Of a stretch of 64,000 nucleotides of DNA, positions 46,612 through 58,563 are shown in pieces. This DNA comes from Macrostomum hystrix. Taxonomy: Eukaryota > Animalia > Platyhelminthes. The notes beneath the pieces were generated by a model. The model ran no database searches and was not told the origin of the DNA. It worked only from the letters and a program-made list of their open reading frames with translations. The DNA lies in contig CATNEN010000024.1 of NCBI GenBank assembly GCA_950097015.1, positions 1,426,001 through 1,490,000 of the forward strand, given 5' to 3'. The position numbers and the translations under genes were made by a program. Each line of letters begins with the position of its first letter. The first letter of the stretch is position 1.

Positions 46612-47295
46612 ACTCTGGGAGAGTAGGATCTGAATCTGAGGATCTGGGAGAGTAGGACCTGAATCTGAGGATCTGGGAGAGTAGGATCTGAATCTGAGGA
46701 TCTGGGAGAGTAGGATCTGAATCTGAGGATCTGGGAGAGTAGGACCTGAATCTGAGGATCTGGGAATCTAGGATCTGAATCTGAGGATCTGGGAGAGTAG
46801 GACCTGAATCTGAGGATCTGGGAGAGTAGGACCTGAATCTGAGGATCTGGGAGAGTAGGATCTGAATCTGAGGATCTGGGAGAGTTAGGACCTGAATCTG
46901 AGGATCTGGGAGAGTAGGATCTGAATCTGAGGATCTGGGAGAGTAGGATTTGAATCTGAGGATCTGGGAGAGTAGGATTTGAATCTGAGGATCTGGGAGA
47001 GTAGGATCTGAATCTGCGGATCTGGGAGAGTAGGATCTGAATCTGAGGATCTGGGAATCTAGGACCTGAATCTGAGGATCTGGGAGAGTAGGATCTGAAT
47101 CTGAGGATCTGGGAGAGTAGGATCTGAATCTGAGGATCTGGGAGAGTAGGATCTGAATCTGAGGATCTGGGAGAGTAGGATCTGAATCTGAGGATCTGGG
47201 AGAGTAGGATCTGAATCTGAGGATCTGGGAATCTAGGACCTGAATCTGAGGATCCGGGAGAGTAGGATCTGAATCTGTGGATCTGGGAGAGCATG
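46612..47295. repeat. Minisatellite, 29-bp unit gagagtaggatctgaatctgaggatctgg, about 23 copies
   Basis: Tandem array. Confidence 0.95.
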
Positions 47296-47971
47296 AGCCG
47301 TTAAATCTGAGAATGGAGAGGTAGTAGTATAAAAGGCTCTGTAAATATCTGCAACAACTTCTTAAGCAGCTGCGGTTAAACAAAAAGTGGAGACGCTGAT
47401 CTTGAAGTAACAATATATTTTGTGATAATAAAACTGCGAAGAAAAAAAACATCCAAGCTAAAGAAACTGCCAGAAAAAAAATGGCTTACGAACCTGATTT
47501 ACTGTCGATAATATAATACTAAAAAGGCACAATATACTACTGTTGAGCCAGCGTGGAGCAAGTAAACAGCAGAGGGAAGACTATGCACTATAAGATTACT
47601 AATCTGAGCTAGTACAGCTAGCTAGACAAGGGAAGCGCAGATAAGGAGGTTCAAGTCATGATTTGCGAGCGCATCGAGATGTGAGGCAATTAAATAAATA
47701 TAAAGTACAAAAAGTATACTTTAAACAAAGCCTTGTATTTTATCAATCCGTCAATTATAAACTGCCGGAAGAGATTGTTTGGGTCGATGATTGGTTCTGG
47801 TCAGCTCTGCCTGCTTACGGTAGAATGAGGCTGCTGCTGCTGCTGATGCTGCGGCAGGCTGGAAGTCCTCAGCTGCTCTTTTAACTGAAATTGAAATTTA
47901 AATTAAAATGAAATGGTAGGAAATTTTGAAGACTACAAAAATACACAGAAACACGGGGCCTAAGCACTCAC

Positions 47972-49264
47972 AGCCAGGTTCTCAGCCTCTAATCGTAACA
48001 GGGCTTCCTGACAGCCAGCCAGTGCCGATGCGTTGGTGACGGCCGCTGTCTGCTGATGATGCTGCATCTCAGAAGTGCAGCAGAGCAGGCGCTCCCTCAG
48101 CTGGGCATTCTCCTGGCGCAGCAGGGCGCACTCGCGCTCCAATCGGCGGCGCACGGCAGTCTCTAGGCGGGCGCTGCGCTCGGCGGACCGGACCAGAGCC
48201 TCGTGAGCGTCGGCCAGTCTGGACAGCTCGCGCTCGAGCAGGTCGACTCGGCCGGCGCGCGACTGAGCAGCCTCCAATTGGAGCCGGAGATTGTGCACTG
48301 CGGCGTCCTGACTCTGCTGATGCTGCTGCTGTTGATGGTGATGGTGATGGTGATGATGCGGATGCAGGGGCAGAGGCGGACCATGTCCGGACTGGTTCTG
48401 GTGCGGTAGGGGCGGCTTGTCCGGCGAGGCGTCTACCACGTTGACATAGTCGTTCAGCAGATTGGGATGAGAGCGGGTGCGACTACCCAGCTGCTGCTGT
48501 TGCTGCAGGTTTTGCTGTTGTTGCAGCTGCTGCTGTTGCTGCAGGTTTTGCTGTTGTTGCAGCAGCTGCTGTTGCTGCAGTTGACCAGCGTAGGGCACAG
48601 CATATGTGTGCTGCTGTTGTTGATATTGATGCTGCTGCTGCTGCATCAGGTGCTGTAGTCCGCTAGTTGGGCTAGCCGGAGGACCAAGCAGTTGATGCTG
48701 CTGCTGCTGATGCTGCGGCGAGGCCAGAGGAGAAGTCACTGAAGGCTGATAGGGAGCGGCGGGGTTTGCCGCGCCTTTCGGCGGTCGAGGACTGCGCGGA
48801 CTCTTTGGACTCTTCGGCGGCAGGGTCTGCTGGGAGCCGCGCCGGCCGCCGCCGCCGCCCTGCACTGGCATGGACTCAGACAGGAACACGTGTGTTGCCG
48901 ATGCTACCACTTTATCTTCAGCCGGCGTCAATGGCGGAAATGCACCTGGCAACAGTTTAGAGAGCAGTGGAGGCTGCGGCCGCGGCTCAGCCGGTGGACT
49001 AAGCGAAGCCATCGTGAGCTGCTGCTGCTGGAAGCAGCTCTCCTCGCCTAGGGGCGCCACCCGCGTCGGACTGCTGGCGGAGAGGCCGCTGCGAAATGTG
49101 GCGCCGGCAGTGCCGGCTTGCCGACCCGCGCCGCCAGGCAGGTGATGCCGATGAGGCGGTGGTGGCGCTGCATTAGTCAATAAAGCAGCCGATGCCACAA
49201 TTGAAGGCGGGGAAGAAGCTGATACAGGCGAGGCAACTGCGCTCATGCCAATTGGTCGCTGCAT
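47972..49264 (-). CDS. AMOT: Angiomotin-family protein, large first coding exon (low-complexity Pro/Gln/His N-terminus plus start of the coiled coil)
   Basis: RVDLLERELSRLADAHEALVRSAERSARLETAVRRRLERECALLRQENAQLRERL resembles the angiomotin coiled-coil start (LQKVExEIQRVSEAYENLVKSSxKRExLEKAMRNKLExEIRR...NRDLRERL). A GTGAGT donor follows 47972. A possible 54-nt exon lies at 47872-47819. Remaining exons were not identified. Confidence 0.7.
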
Positions 49265-52200
49265 GACAGCCCGCAGCTTGCTGCTCTCAGTTGGTTGGGC
49301 TGCTGGCTAAGTTTGGTATTATTTATCTGGAAAATGTGTAGATCAAATTGTGCAAATAAATATTCTGCACTGTTTAGAGTAACTAAATTCTAAGATAGCT
49401 AAAAGACAAGAAAAATGTTGTGAAGCAGACTTTTATGTACATATAAAAGAATATGATAGAACTCTGATTGAATGAATCTCATGAATAAAATCCAAAAGAT
49501 AATGAGAAAGTTATGAACTTTGAGTTAGCACACAACAAAGGCAACTTAAAGAGATGAATGCCCCAGCTGAATCAACTGAATTTTTTTGATTATTTAGAAT
49601 GTTACATTTTCAAGCTATCAAGCTAAATCCATATTAAACTCTTAAATTTGTATTATGTCTTGCACGCGATTATGTATTAATATATCTATATTGCAAAATT
49701 TGACTAACCATAGCCATAGGAGACAAAAAATGTTGCTAATTATACGGATACCAAAAAGTTACATTGTATTGTGTAAAAAAATAATATTATGAATTTGTAA
49801 AGTAAATATGCCAAGCATTTAAGCTTTACTTTTCCTTAATAAAGTTGCATAGCCAATATATATAGTTAGAATATAATTGTAATAAGAAGAAATTAAGATT
49901 TTGGTCAAAACAAGATTTGAGACAAGACAAGAATTTAACTCAATAAATTTTGAGAAGAGATAAGAGAATGAAAGATTTGCAAAATATAGGCCCTAATAGA
50001 ACAAAAGGTTTTTAATATCCTGTAAAATTAAAAAAAATAATAACTCATTACTTTTTTATTAACATTTTCTCTATTAAGTTTTTAAATTGTGTGACAATGG
50101 TTTGTTTTTCATATTGCTAATCTTGTCTAAAAAACTGAGAAACTCAAAATTTGTCTTGTCAAAGGCCTACAAAGATACAAAACTATCTAGACCTAGCAGT
50201 CCTTTAAAATGATAGAAGTAGGCCATAGACCCACAAGAAACCATTTTTTAAGTTAAACTGACATTTAAAAAATACCATAAAACAATATTTGCTTCAATAA
50301 AAAAATTCTGAATAAAAGTGAATAAGCAGACATGCAGCATATTATAAGAACAGATTCCAATGAGTTTTGTTAGGCCTAGTATTAGCTTTTATTATTATGG
50401 AACCAAATGAAACTTCCAGTTTGATAAGATATCATGCTTTGATGTGATTTTTTTATAACTTATTGCAAAATCTAAAAAATAATGGTCAGTCAGTTAGGAT
50501 ATTTTGTTAAGATATATTAAGAATCTAGCTAAAAACATCTCTGCAGAGACAGGCACTGCAAGCATTACTAGGATATGTATGATACAAGGATTAAAAATGC
50601 AAATAAAACTAACACATTCTTCTACTGATAACTGATGGGCCAATATGTAGAATGGTAGTGTACTGTCATTAAAATAAGTGTTTTATAAAAAAATTTACCG
50701 AATACTGAATATATTGTACAGCAGTATTGAGCATCAGAGAATTATAAAAGTAGCCATACCTACATTTAGCCATACCTACATAAACCATACCATACAGCTA
50801 TACTCTATAGTGCTAAGCTATACAGTATAATAGAAATATGAAGTCTCGTAGTATATTGTATAAACCTTAAAAAATTGCGATAATGTTTACTGCTTCTGAT
50901 TCCAATAATTATATGAACAAATGAATTATATATAATGCTGAACTATGAAAGTAGCAATATTCACTACGAGCAGTGCGAAGGACAGAACTTTTTATAAGAA
51001 ATAAAAGATGTTCTAACCAACTTGGTTCTAACACGACTAACAGGAAAACTATGAAATTGTAAGCATTAAAAATCAAACAAAGTGTAAGCTCATATCGCAT
51101 AACTAAACTATTAAAATGTGTATCAAAGCTAGGCCTATCATGCAAAATATTCAGTAAAAACAAGAAGTCAGCAGGCAGAAATGTCTCAAGCCAATTGCAG
51201 TTTTGCCGAATATCACTATTTTTACTGAACGCTTCGGAGCACAAGGCCGGATGATTTATACTAGCGGGCCTTTGTTAAAGCTTTACTGAAAATTCGGGAC
51301 ATGATAGTATTATTATATCGCCAATAATTAATTTTTATCTGATTACTATACTACTATACCCGCTACAAGTAGTCCTGTTTTATATATAACATGAAATTCG
51401 GACTCACAACTGAGAGACATGGGTGATTCAGTTATTCCAGCTGTATAATTAGATACCAGCATCTGCTGGTACAGTTTTAAAGCGTAAGTGTACAGTTTTG
51501 ATGCGTTTTGATTTTTATAGCTACATTAGTAGCAGCTGTAATCATGCCCAATCGCGTGGGTTGGCTGTTCATCTTTCCATTTTTACTTTTCAAGCACTAT
51601 TTGCTGCTGTGTAGTGTCGGCATGTTTATTTTATAAATGCGTATATTTCTACTTGAAGTAACATATTCGCGCACTCAATATTAATGAATTATTATAATGT
51701 ATGTTATAGGGTTGTTTTTTGTACATGCGCGCCCAGCCAGGCCTACGCACGCGATCGGCCGGTCACCCTTGCTCTACAGCCAAGGCATCGGACTAACCCC
51801 GGTCTGGTGGGCCCAGCCAATAGGAGGACGGCTAATCAATTTGATGCGACCCGACTTAAGCGCGATACCCCGGGCCGGGCCAATCAGCAGCCAGTTCGTT
51901 AACCGGCAGGGTCGACCTGGCAGAAGAACAAGCGGCGCGGCCGGCACCCAGGCTTTGATGAGGGTTGGGGCGGGCGCTTGACTATATAACTGACTATTGC
52001 GTTGCCATTTTGTTTCTATCGTCGTGTGTCTTTTCGTGTGTATTATCGTGTGTTTTTCGTCGTGTCTTTCGTTGCAATCGTTGTTACGCATCCTAGTAAT
52101 ACCGGGACAGGTAAACCGGCCCAACTAGCTAGTCGAAGAAAACCCCACACTCAATCCCACGTCAGTAAGTAGCTCGGCACGTCTGGCCAACTGCTGCCGG

Positions 52201-53156
52201 AGTGTTAGATAGGGATTGGCAAGCACGGAAGTACTCTCCATATCGCCGACAATCATCGGTGGGACGCCGTCGAATTGACATTAGGTGTGGCACGATAGAA
52301 CTATCGTTGTGCCATAGTGCGGAAGTGCTTGCTGGTCGCCTCGGTTTCAGACTAGGGACTTTGGGTTAGGTTTTGTGTTATATGTCTTGTTTTGTCATAT
52401 AGGGACTATCTGTTTGGTCTAGGAGTTATTTGTGTCAATTGACATGTTATTTACGTGAGTTCTTGTTGATGTCCAGAGCATTTTCGAGTAGAGTTCGCGT
52501 GTTCTTGTGTTGAGGTTACCGAGATTTTGTTAGTAATTTACCAGTGCGAATTGTGAGTTTAATATTTAATCAAGTACAGTACCTGGCAGGGAACGGGAAG
52601 AGCGCTGCCAGGGGAATTCATAGCTTTCTCTTGTTAACTAATTAACACTTAAATATCAGCTGTTTAGCTTGGAATCCTGAATCGTCTTGTCTTCGTTATT
52701 TTCGAGTTACGGCAATAGAGTCTCTCGCAAAGAGTAGGACACCCGACCTCATTTAGGGATCTCATTGGATTTCTCACTGCACCCAGTGAACAACGAATAA
52801 TGAGTTCGACACGAAATTACCGCGAGTATGACTTGACCAAGCGCTATAAAATTAAGTTTCGGCCTAGCTCCTAGTCATCTTATCGCTAGTCCGCAAATCT
52901 TATTGCACGGATAATAAATACATGTATAATAAATACATCGTGTTCGCTGTTTGCACAAAATCTGATTGTAAAACACTTCGTAGCCGCATGGGGCTACATT
53001 TGATTGGGAAACTGGTCCAAATTTAAGCTTGTTTACTTACGAGTACATAAAGGCGTAGATGTAAAAGCAGGCCAACTACCGTATATTTCCTGACACAAAA
53101 AGTCGCCTAACGAGACTGAGTTGAAGCTGAAACTCGAAGCAAACTGTTTCCCCAAG

Positions 53157-54163
53157 ATGCAGGTTGGCGAGACCAGCATTCTGGCAGTTCTCTTTGTAGT
53201 CTCCGTAACCGTCAACTCCGCGCTCATTCTAACTATTGTGAAATCTCCCTGCCTTCACGCACCGCCGAACGGCTTATTATTGAACTTTTGCGCCATAGAC
53301 CTGCTGCTGAGTGTGGACATTGGCTTGTCCATTCTGCGTGTTAGCCTGGAGCGTCGGCCATGCCAGACAGTGATGCCAGTGCTGCTGAAGACCTTCAGCT
53401 GCTTTATAATAATCTGCTGCGTGTTGCACTACCTAGTCTGTTTCGGCTGTATTGCCTACTTCCGCGGCCGAGTGCTGGGCCAGTTCCAAGTGACTCTGAG
53501 CAGGAAGAAGGCCCTGGTGCGGAAGCTGCTGATGCTAGATTGGGTGTTGTCGCTGCTGCTATCCTCGCTGCTTGTACTGCTGCAGTACAGGCCGCTGTCA
53601 GAGTGCCGGCAGAACATCTACCTGCCATTGACTGTGCCCGCCTTCTCAGGGTAAAGAACATGACTAGACTGCGGATTTATGCTGCGATTAGGAAGCAAAG
53701 ACTTATCGAATGAGACGGAGTAGGGCTAGCAGTATATGGAAGCTTTAGGAATCTCTTTCCATTCATTTGCAGGTTGGAGCATGAGAGTCAGGTGGTGACT
53801 GAGACCAACGCGGGCTCTATGGCCTCCTATTTTCTTCTAGTCCTACTGGTACTAGGCCTGGTAGCGTACATCTGCCGCGGCTATTACACGATATTGCACT
53901 CCTTAGCCAGGACCTCGCCTTCCATCACTCCCTATTGCCAACCGGCCCGCGTCGGCTACGAGACCGGACTGGAGTCGGTGTCCATCCTGGTTGACAGGGA
54001 GGCCAGCATCCTGACCAGAGGGCAGGGCGCAGCTGCGTGCACTTCGTCAGCAGCGGCAGTCTCCTCGGTGATGCAGGTGCATAGTTTCCTGCAGCTGCCA
54101 GCCGAGCCAAGTCTGGCATCGCTCGATTCGCGCCGGCTCAGCGTGGCGTCGCCGACTGGCTGT

Positions 54164-54206
<43 letters not shown>

Positions 54207-55212
54207 CTCAGTTTACCGACATAAGCCGCAGTCATCGGCTAAGTCATCAAGAGGTGCAAAAATGTCGCCGAGATCAGGCAAGTGACGCAGTTTTTCTTCC
54301 AATAAACAAAACCAGCGGTTTTACATCGCAGAAATTCGATGGAAAGCAAAGCTCGCATATTAGTCGAATAGTGCGTTTTAAGGCTTGCGTTAGAACGATG
54401 TCCGCCCAATTGACGGTAAAAAATGATTTATTACACCTGCCCCAAATGGGCCAGGTGTGCAGCTGACAGCACGGCGGCAGCTATTGCGCGGCGCATCTGA
54501 AGACTGCGTACAGCTGTTCAGTACATGGACTGGGGGGACGCCACACCCACCCTCAATTAGCCCAGCTATTGCCGGTACCCATTTAACAGCTTGTTGAACT
54601 GGATCAATGCAGAGTTAAGTGACCCAAATTGTCTCAGTGGAGTCGGGAATCGAACCCCCGACCTTCAAGTCGTGAGTCCGACACAAGGCCAGGACGTCTT
54701 ATAATTATTATAATATTGACGGTAGGTACAGCCTATACGGATATGCCCCACATGGGTGATAGCTCTCAAGCCAAAAAGTTCTATCACAAGTCAAGTAACG
54801 TGGCATACTACTGATAGTAGCACAATACAATCTCTACTATATTGTCCAGGAAAATTGTCCGTTGCTCCTTTCCTAGTAGCTAACAACCTGTAGCCGAACA
54901 AGATGCATCTGCATCGTATGACATACTCTCAGTATACCGCCATTTTGGATTGAGCAGGCAAGCCTAACACAGGCGGTCCGCCGCAGCCTAGTATCCTTCT
55001 TGCTGCTGATGCTGCCCACCTTGCCCTACCTGGTGACCTGCGCGCCTGGCCTCCTAGCCGCAGTGGCCGAGGCCGAAGCCAAGCGACTGCTGACGGTGCA
55101 CAAGTCTGTCACGACGCTATTCTACTGCAATACAGTGCTGGTGCCGCTCTGGTATCTGCTGTTTAGTAGGCGGCTTCGTCGCTGCTTCGTCGACATGGTG
55201 ACTGGTGTTTAG
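53157..55212 (+). CDS. Orphan rhodopsin-like 7TM receptor, 3 exons, long Ser/Gln-rich third intracellular loop
   Basis: Exon 1 is 53157-53650 (TM1-4: SVTVNSALILTIVKSPCLH...NGLLLNFCAIDLL). Exon 2 runs from 53773 to about 54454 (TM5 plus loop with a CAG run). Exon 3 runs from about 54958 to 55212 (TM6 LLLMLPTLPYLV; TM7 FYCNTVLVPLWYLLFSRRLRRCF). The exon 2/3 boundaries are approximate. Confidence 0.75.
54545..54685 (-). mobile_element. tRNA-headed SINE in GPCR intron 2
   Basis: Closely similar to 20655-20808 (ggtacccatttaacagc...gcagagttaagt...gtggagtcgggaatcgaacc). Confidence 0.65.
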
Positions 55213-55594
55213 ATTGACTAACAAATCGAAGCTGTTTATTAGCATGCAATCAATAGCTTTCAGCCAAGGGCTCTGCGGACAAGACATCTGTTTGCTCCGA
55301 TTCTAATAAAACCAATGAACAGGTCGAACAGAATAAAAACTGTACATTTCTGTTTTGATAAAAATCTAAATACAACAATGTGGAAAGGCTTCTGATAAAG
55401 CGAAGCAATTAAAAAAATATACTTAGAATTAAATTAAAAATACGAGAATACAAATCGGACTGAGGAGTAACATACTCCTAAACTAATTAATTTACAACAG
55501 CCTAATCGATTAGGACCAGAATTGACGATCATGATTATGGGGGCTCCACTCTCGCCACGCATGCTATTCCAGTCACTCTTAAAAACCCCGCAGC

Positions 55595-56165
55595 GGATCT
55601 GGGATGATGGGAGCTTAATCTGCTGATCTGGGATGATGGGAGCTAATTCTGCTGATCTGGGATGATGGGAGCTTAATCTGCTGATCTGGGATGATGGGAG
55701 CTTAATCTGCTGATCTGGGATGGTGGGAGCTTAATCTGCTGATCTGGGATGGTGGGAGCTTAATCTGCTGATCTGGGATGGTGGGAGCTTAATCTGCTGA
55801 TCTGGGATGGTGGAAGCTTAATCTGCTGATCTGGGATGATGGGAGCTTAATCTGCTGATCTGGGATGATGGGGGGCTTAATCTGCTGATCTGGGATGGTG
55901 GAAGCTTAATCTGCTGATCTGGGATGATGGGAGCTTAATCTGCTGATCTGGGATGATGGGAGCTTAACCTGCGGATCTGGGATGATGGGAGCTTAACCTG
56001 CGGATCTGGGATGATGGGAGCTTAATCTGCTGATCTGGGATGGTGGGAGCTTAATCTGCTGATCTGGGATGGTGGGAGCTTAATCTGCTGATCTGGGATG
56101 ATGGGAGCTAATTCTGCTGATCTGGGATGATGGGAGCTTAATCTGCTGATCTGGGATAGTGGGAA
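55595..56165. repeat. Minisatellite, 29-bp unit ctgctgatctgggatgatgggagcttaat, about 19 copies
   Basis: Tandem array. Confidence 0.95.
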
Positions 56166-56699
56166 CCAATTTGTGGTTGCAGATGCCGATGTGGGGTCAT
56201 TGTCAGTAATAGCCGCCAAACAAGCCAGTTATGACTATTGTTCAAGACTTGCAATAAGCTTCCAGTGTCGGATTAGAGCGAGTCACATAATTATCAATAG
56301 CCTAACGTATTGGCGCTGAAAAAATTAGCAAAATACGAGCGTAAAACTTCACTTCTGCATCCCGTGTCACAATTGCGGCATAGACAATTGTAATGGAGAA
56401 TTATTTTTAAAGGAAAAATAATATAAGTGCCATTAGCAATATACTAGCCAATCCTTTATATAACTGCTAAAGAACAAATTTATACTAAATGTAAAGGTTC
56501 CTCTTATGAAAAGTATATATAAAAAATCAATCAGGCAAATAAAAAGGAGAGAAATTGGACGTAAGTCCAATACTCTGACAATACTCTGAAAGGCTTAATT
56601 AAGGGACTTTAGCTACAGAACTCGTTTTAAATTTTCTGAGTTTTAAACCTCTTAAACATAGAATGCTCTATATTATCAAACCTTAACGAGATCCCTAGC

Positions 56700-58425
56700 A
56701 CAGAATTTTAAATCCTCAAAACCTTGAATCAAATCCCAAATATACAGAATCTTCAATCCACAAAACCTTAAATCAAATCCCAAATATACAGAATCTTCAA
56801 TCCTCAAAACCTTAAATCAAATCCCAAATATACAGAATCTTCAATCCTCAAAACCTTAAATCAAATCCCAAATATACAGAGTCTTCAATCCTCAAAACCT
56901 TAAATCAAATCCCAAATATACAGAATCTTCAATCCACAAAACCTTAAATCAAATCCCAAATATACAGAGTCTTCAATCCTCAAAACCTTAAATCAAATCC
57001 CAAATATACAGAATCTTCAATCCACAAAACCTTAAATCAAATCCCAAATATACAGAGTCTTCAATCCTCAAAACCTTATATCAAATCCCAAATATACAGA
57101 GTCTTCAATCCTCAAAACCTTATATCAAATCCCAAATATACAGAGTCTTCAATCCTCAAAACCTTATATCAAATCCCAAATATACAGAGTCTTCAATCCT
57201 CAAAACCTTATATCAAATCCCAAATATACAGAGTCTTCAATCATCAAAACCCTAAATCAAATCCCAAATATACAGAGTCTTCAATCCTCAAAACCTTAAA
57301 TCAAATCCCCAAATACAGAGTCTTCAATCCTCAAAACCTTATATCAAATCCCAAATATACAGAGTCTGAAATCCTCAAAACCTTAAATCAAATCCCAAAT
57401 ATACAGAATCTTCAATCCTCAAAACATTAAATCAAATCCCAAATATACAGAGTCTGAAATCCTCAAAACCTTAAATCAAATCCCAAATATACAGAATCTT
57501 CAATCCTCAAAACCTTATATCAAATCCCAAATATACAGAGTCTTCAATCCTCAAAACCTTATATCAAATCCCAAATATACAGAGTCTTCAATCATCAAAA
57601 CCCTAAATCAAATCCCAAATATACAGAGTCTTCAATCCTCAAAACCTTAAATCAAATCCCCAAATACAGAGTCTTCAATCCTCAAAACCTTATATCAAAT
57701 CCCAAATATACAGAGTCTTCAATCCTCAAAACCTTAAATCAAATCCCAAATATACAGAATCTTCAATCCTCAAAACCTTAAATCAAATCCCAAATATACA
57801 GAGTCTTCAATCCTCAAAACATTAAATCAAATCCCAAATATACAGAATCTTCAATCCTCAAAACCTTAAATCAAATCCCAAATATACAGAGTCTGAAATC
57901 CTCAAAACCTTAAATCAAATCCCAAATATACAGAATCTTCAATCCTCAAAACATTAAATCAAATCCCAAATATACAGAGTCTTCAATCCTCAAAACCTTA
58001 AATCAAATCCCAAATATACAGAATCTTCAATCCTCAAAACCTTAAATCAAATCCCAAATATACAGAGTCTTCAATCCTCAAAACATTAAATCAAATCCCA
58101 AATATACAGAGTCTTCAATCCTCAAAACATTAAATCAAATCCCAAATATACAGAATCTTCAATCCTCAAAAGCTTAAATCAAATCCCAAATATACAGAAA
58201 CTTCAATCCTCAAAACCTTAAATCAAATCCCAAATATACAGAGTCTTCAATCCTCAAAACCTTAAATCAAATCCCCAAATATACAGAGTCTTCAATCCTC
58301 AAAACCTTAAATCAAATCCCAAATATACAGAAACTACAATCCTCAAAACCTAAAACCAAATCCCAAATATACAGAATCTTAAATCCTCAAAACCTTAAAT
58401 CAAATCCCAAATATAGAGTCCCTAA
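56700..58425. repeat. Minisatellite, 44-bp AT-rich unit aatcaaatcccaaatatacagaatcttcaatcctcaaaacctta, about 39 copies
   Basis: Tandem array downstream of the STAT stop. Confidence 0.95.
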
Positions 58426-58563
58426 TTTTCAAATCAAATAACCAATCCCTCAATATAATCCCAGTTGCCTAACCTTGCATAATGCCCAAATTACGGATTG
58501 CTTATTGGAGTTTAATTTACAAAAAAATGCCCTTATAAACCACTAAAACACAGCAGCGCGAAA

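Noticed and set aside
37261-47452. Regular 29-35-bp repeat arrays as possible CRISPR arrays; ORFs 38616-39018 and 46605-47452
   Set aside because: Units are head-to-tail with no unique spacers, there are no cas genes and the context is eukaryotic. The ORFs are repeat artefacts.
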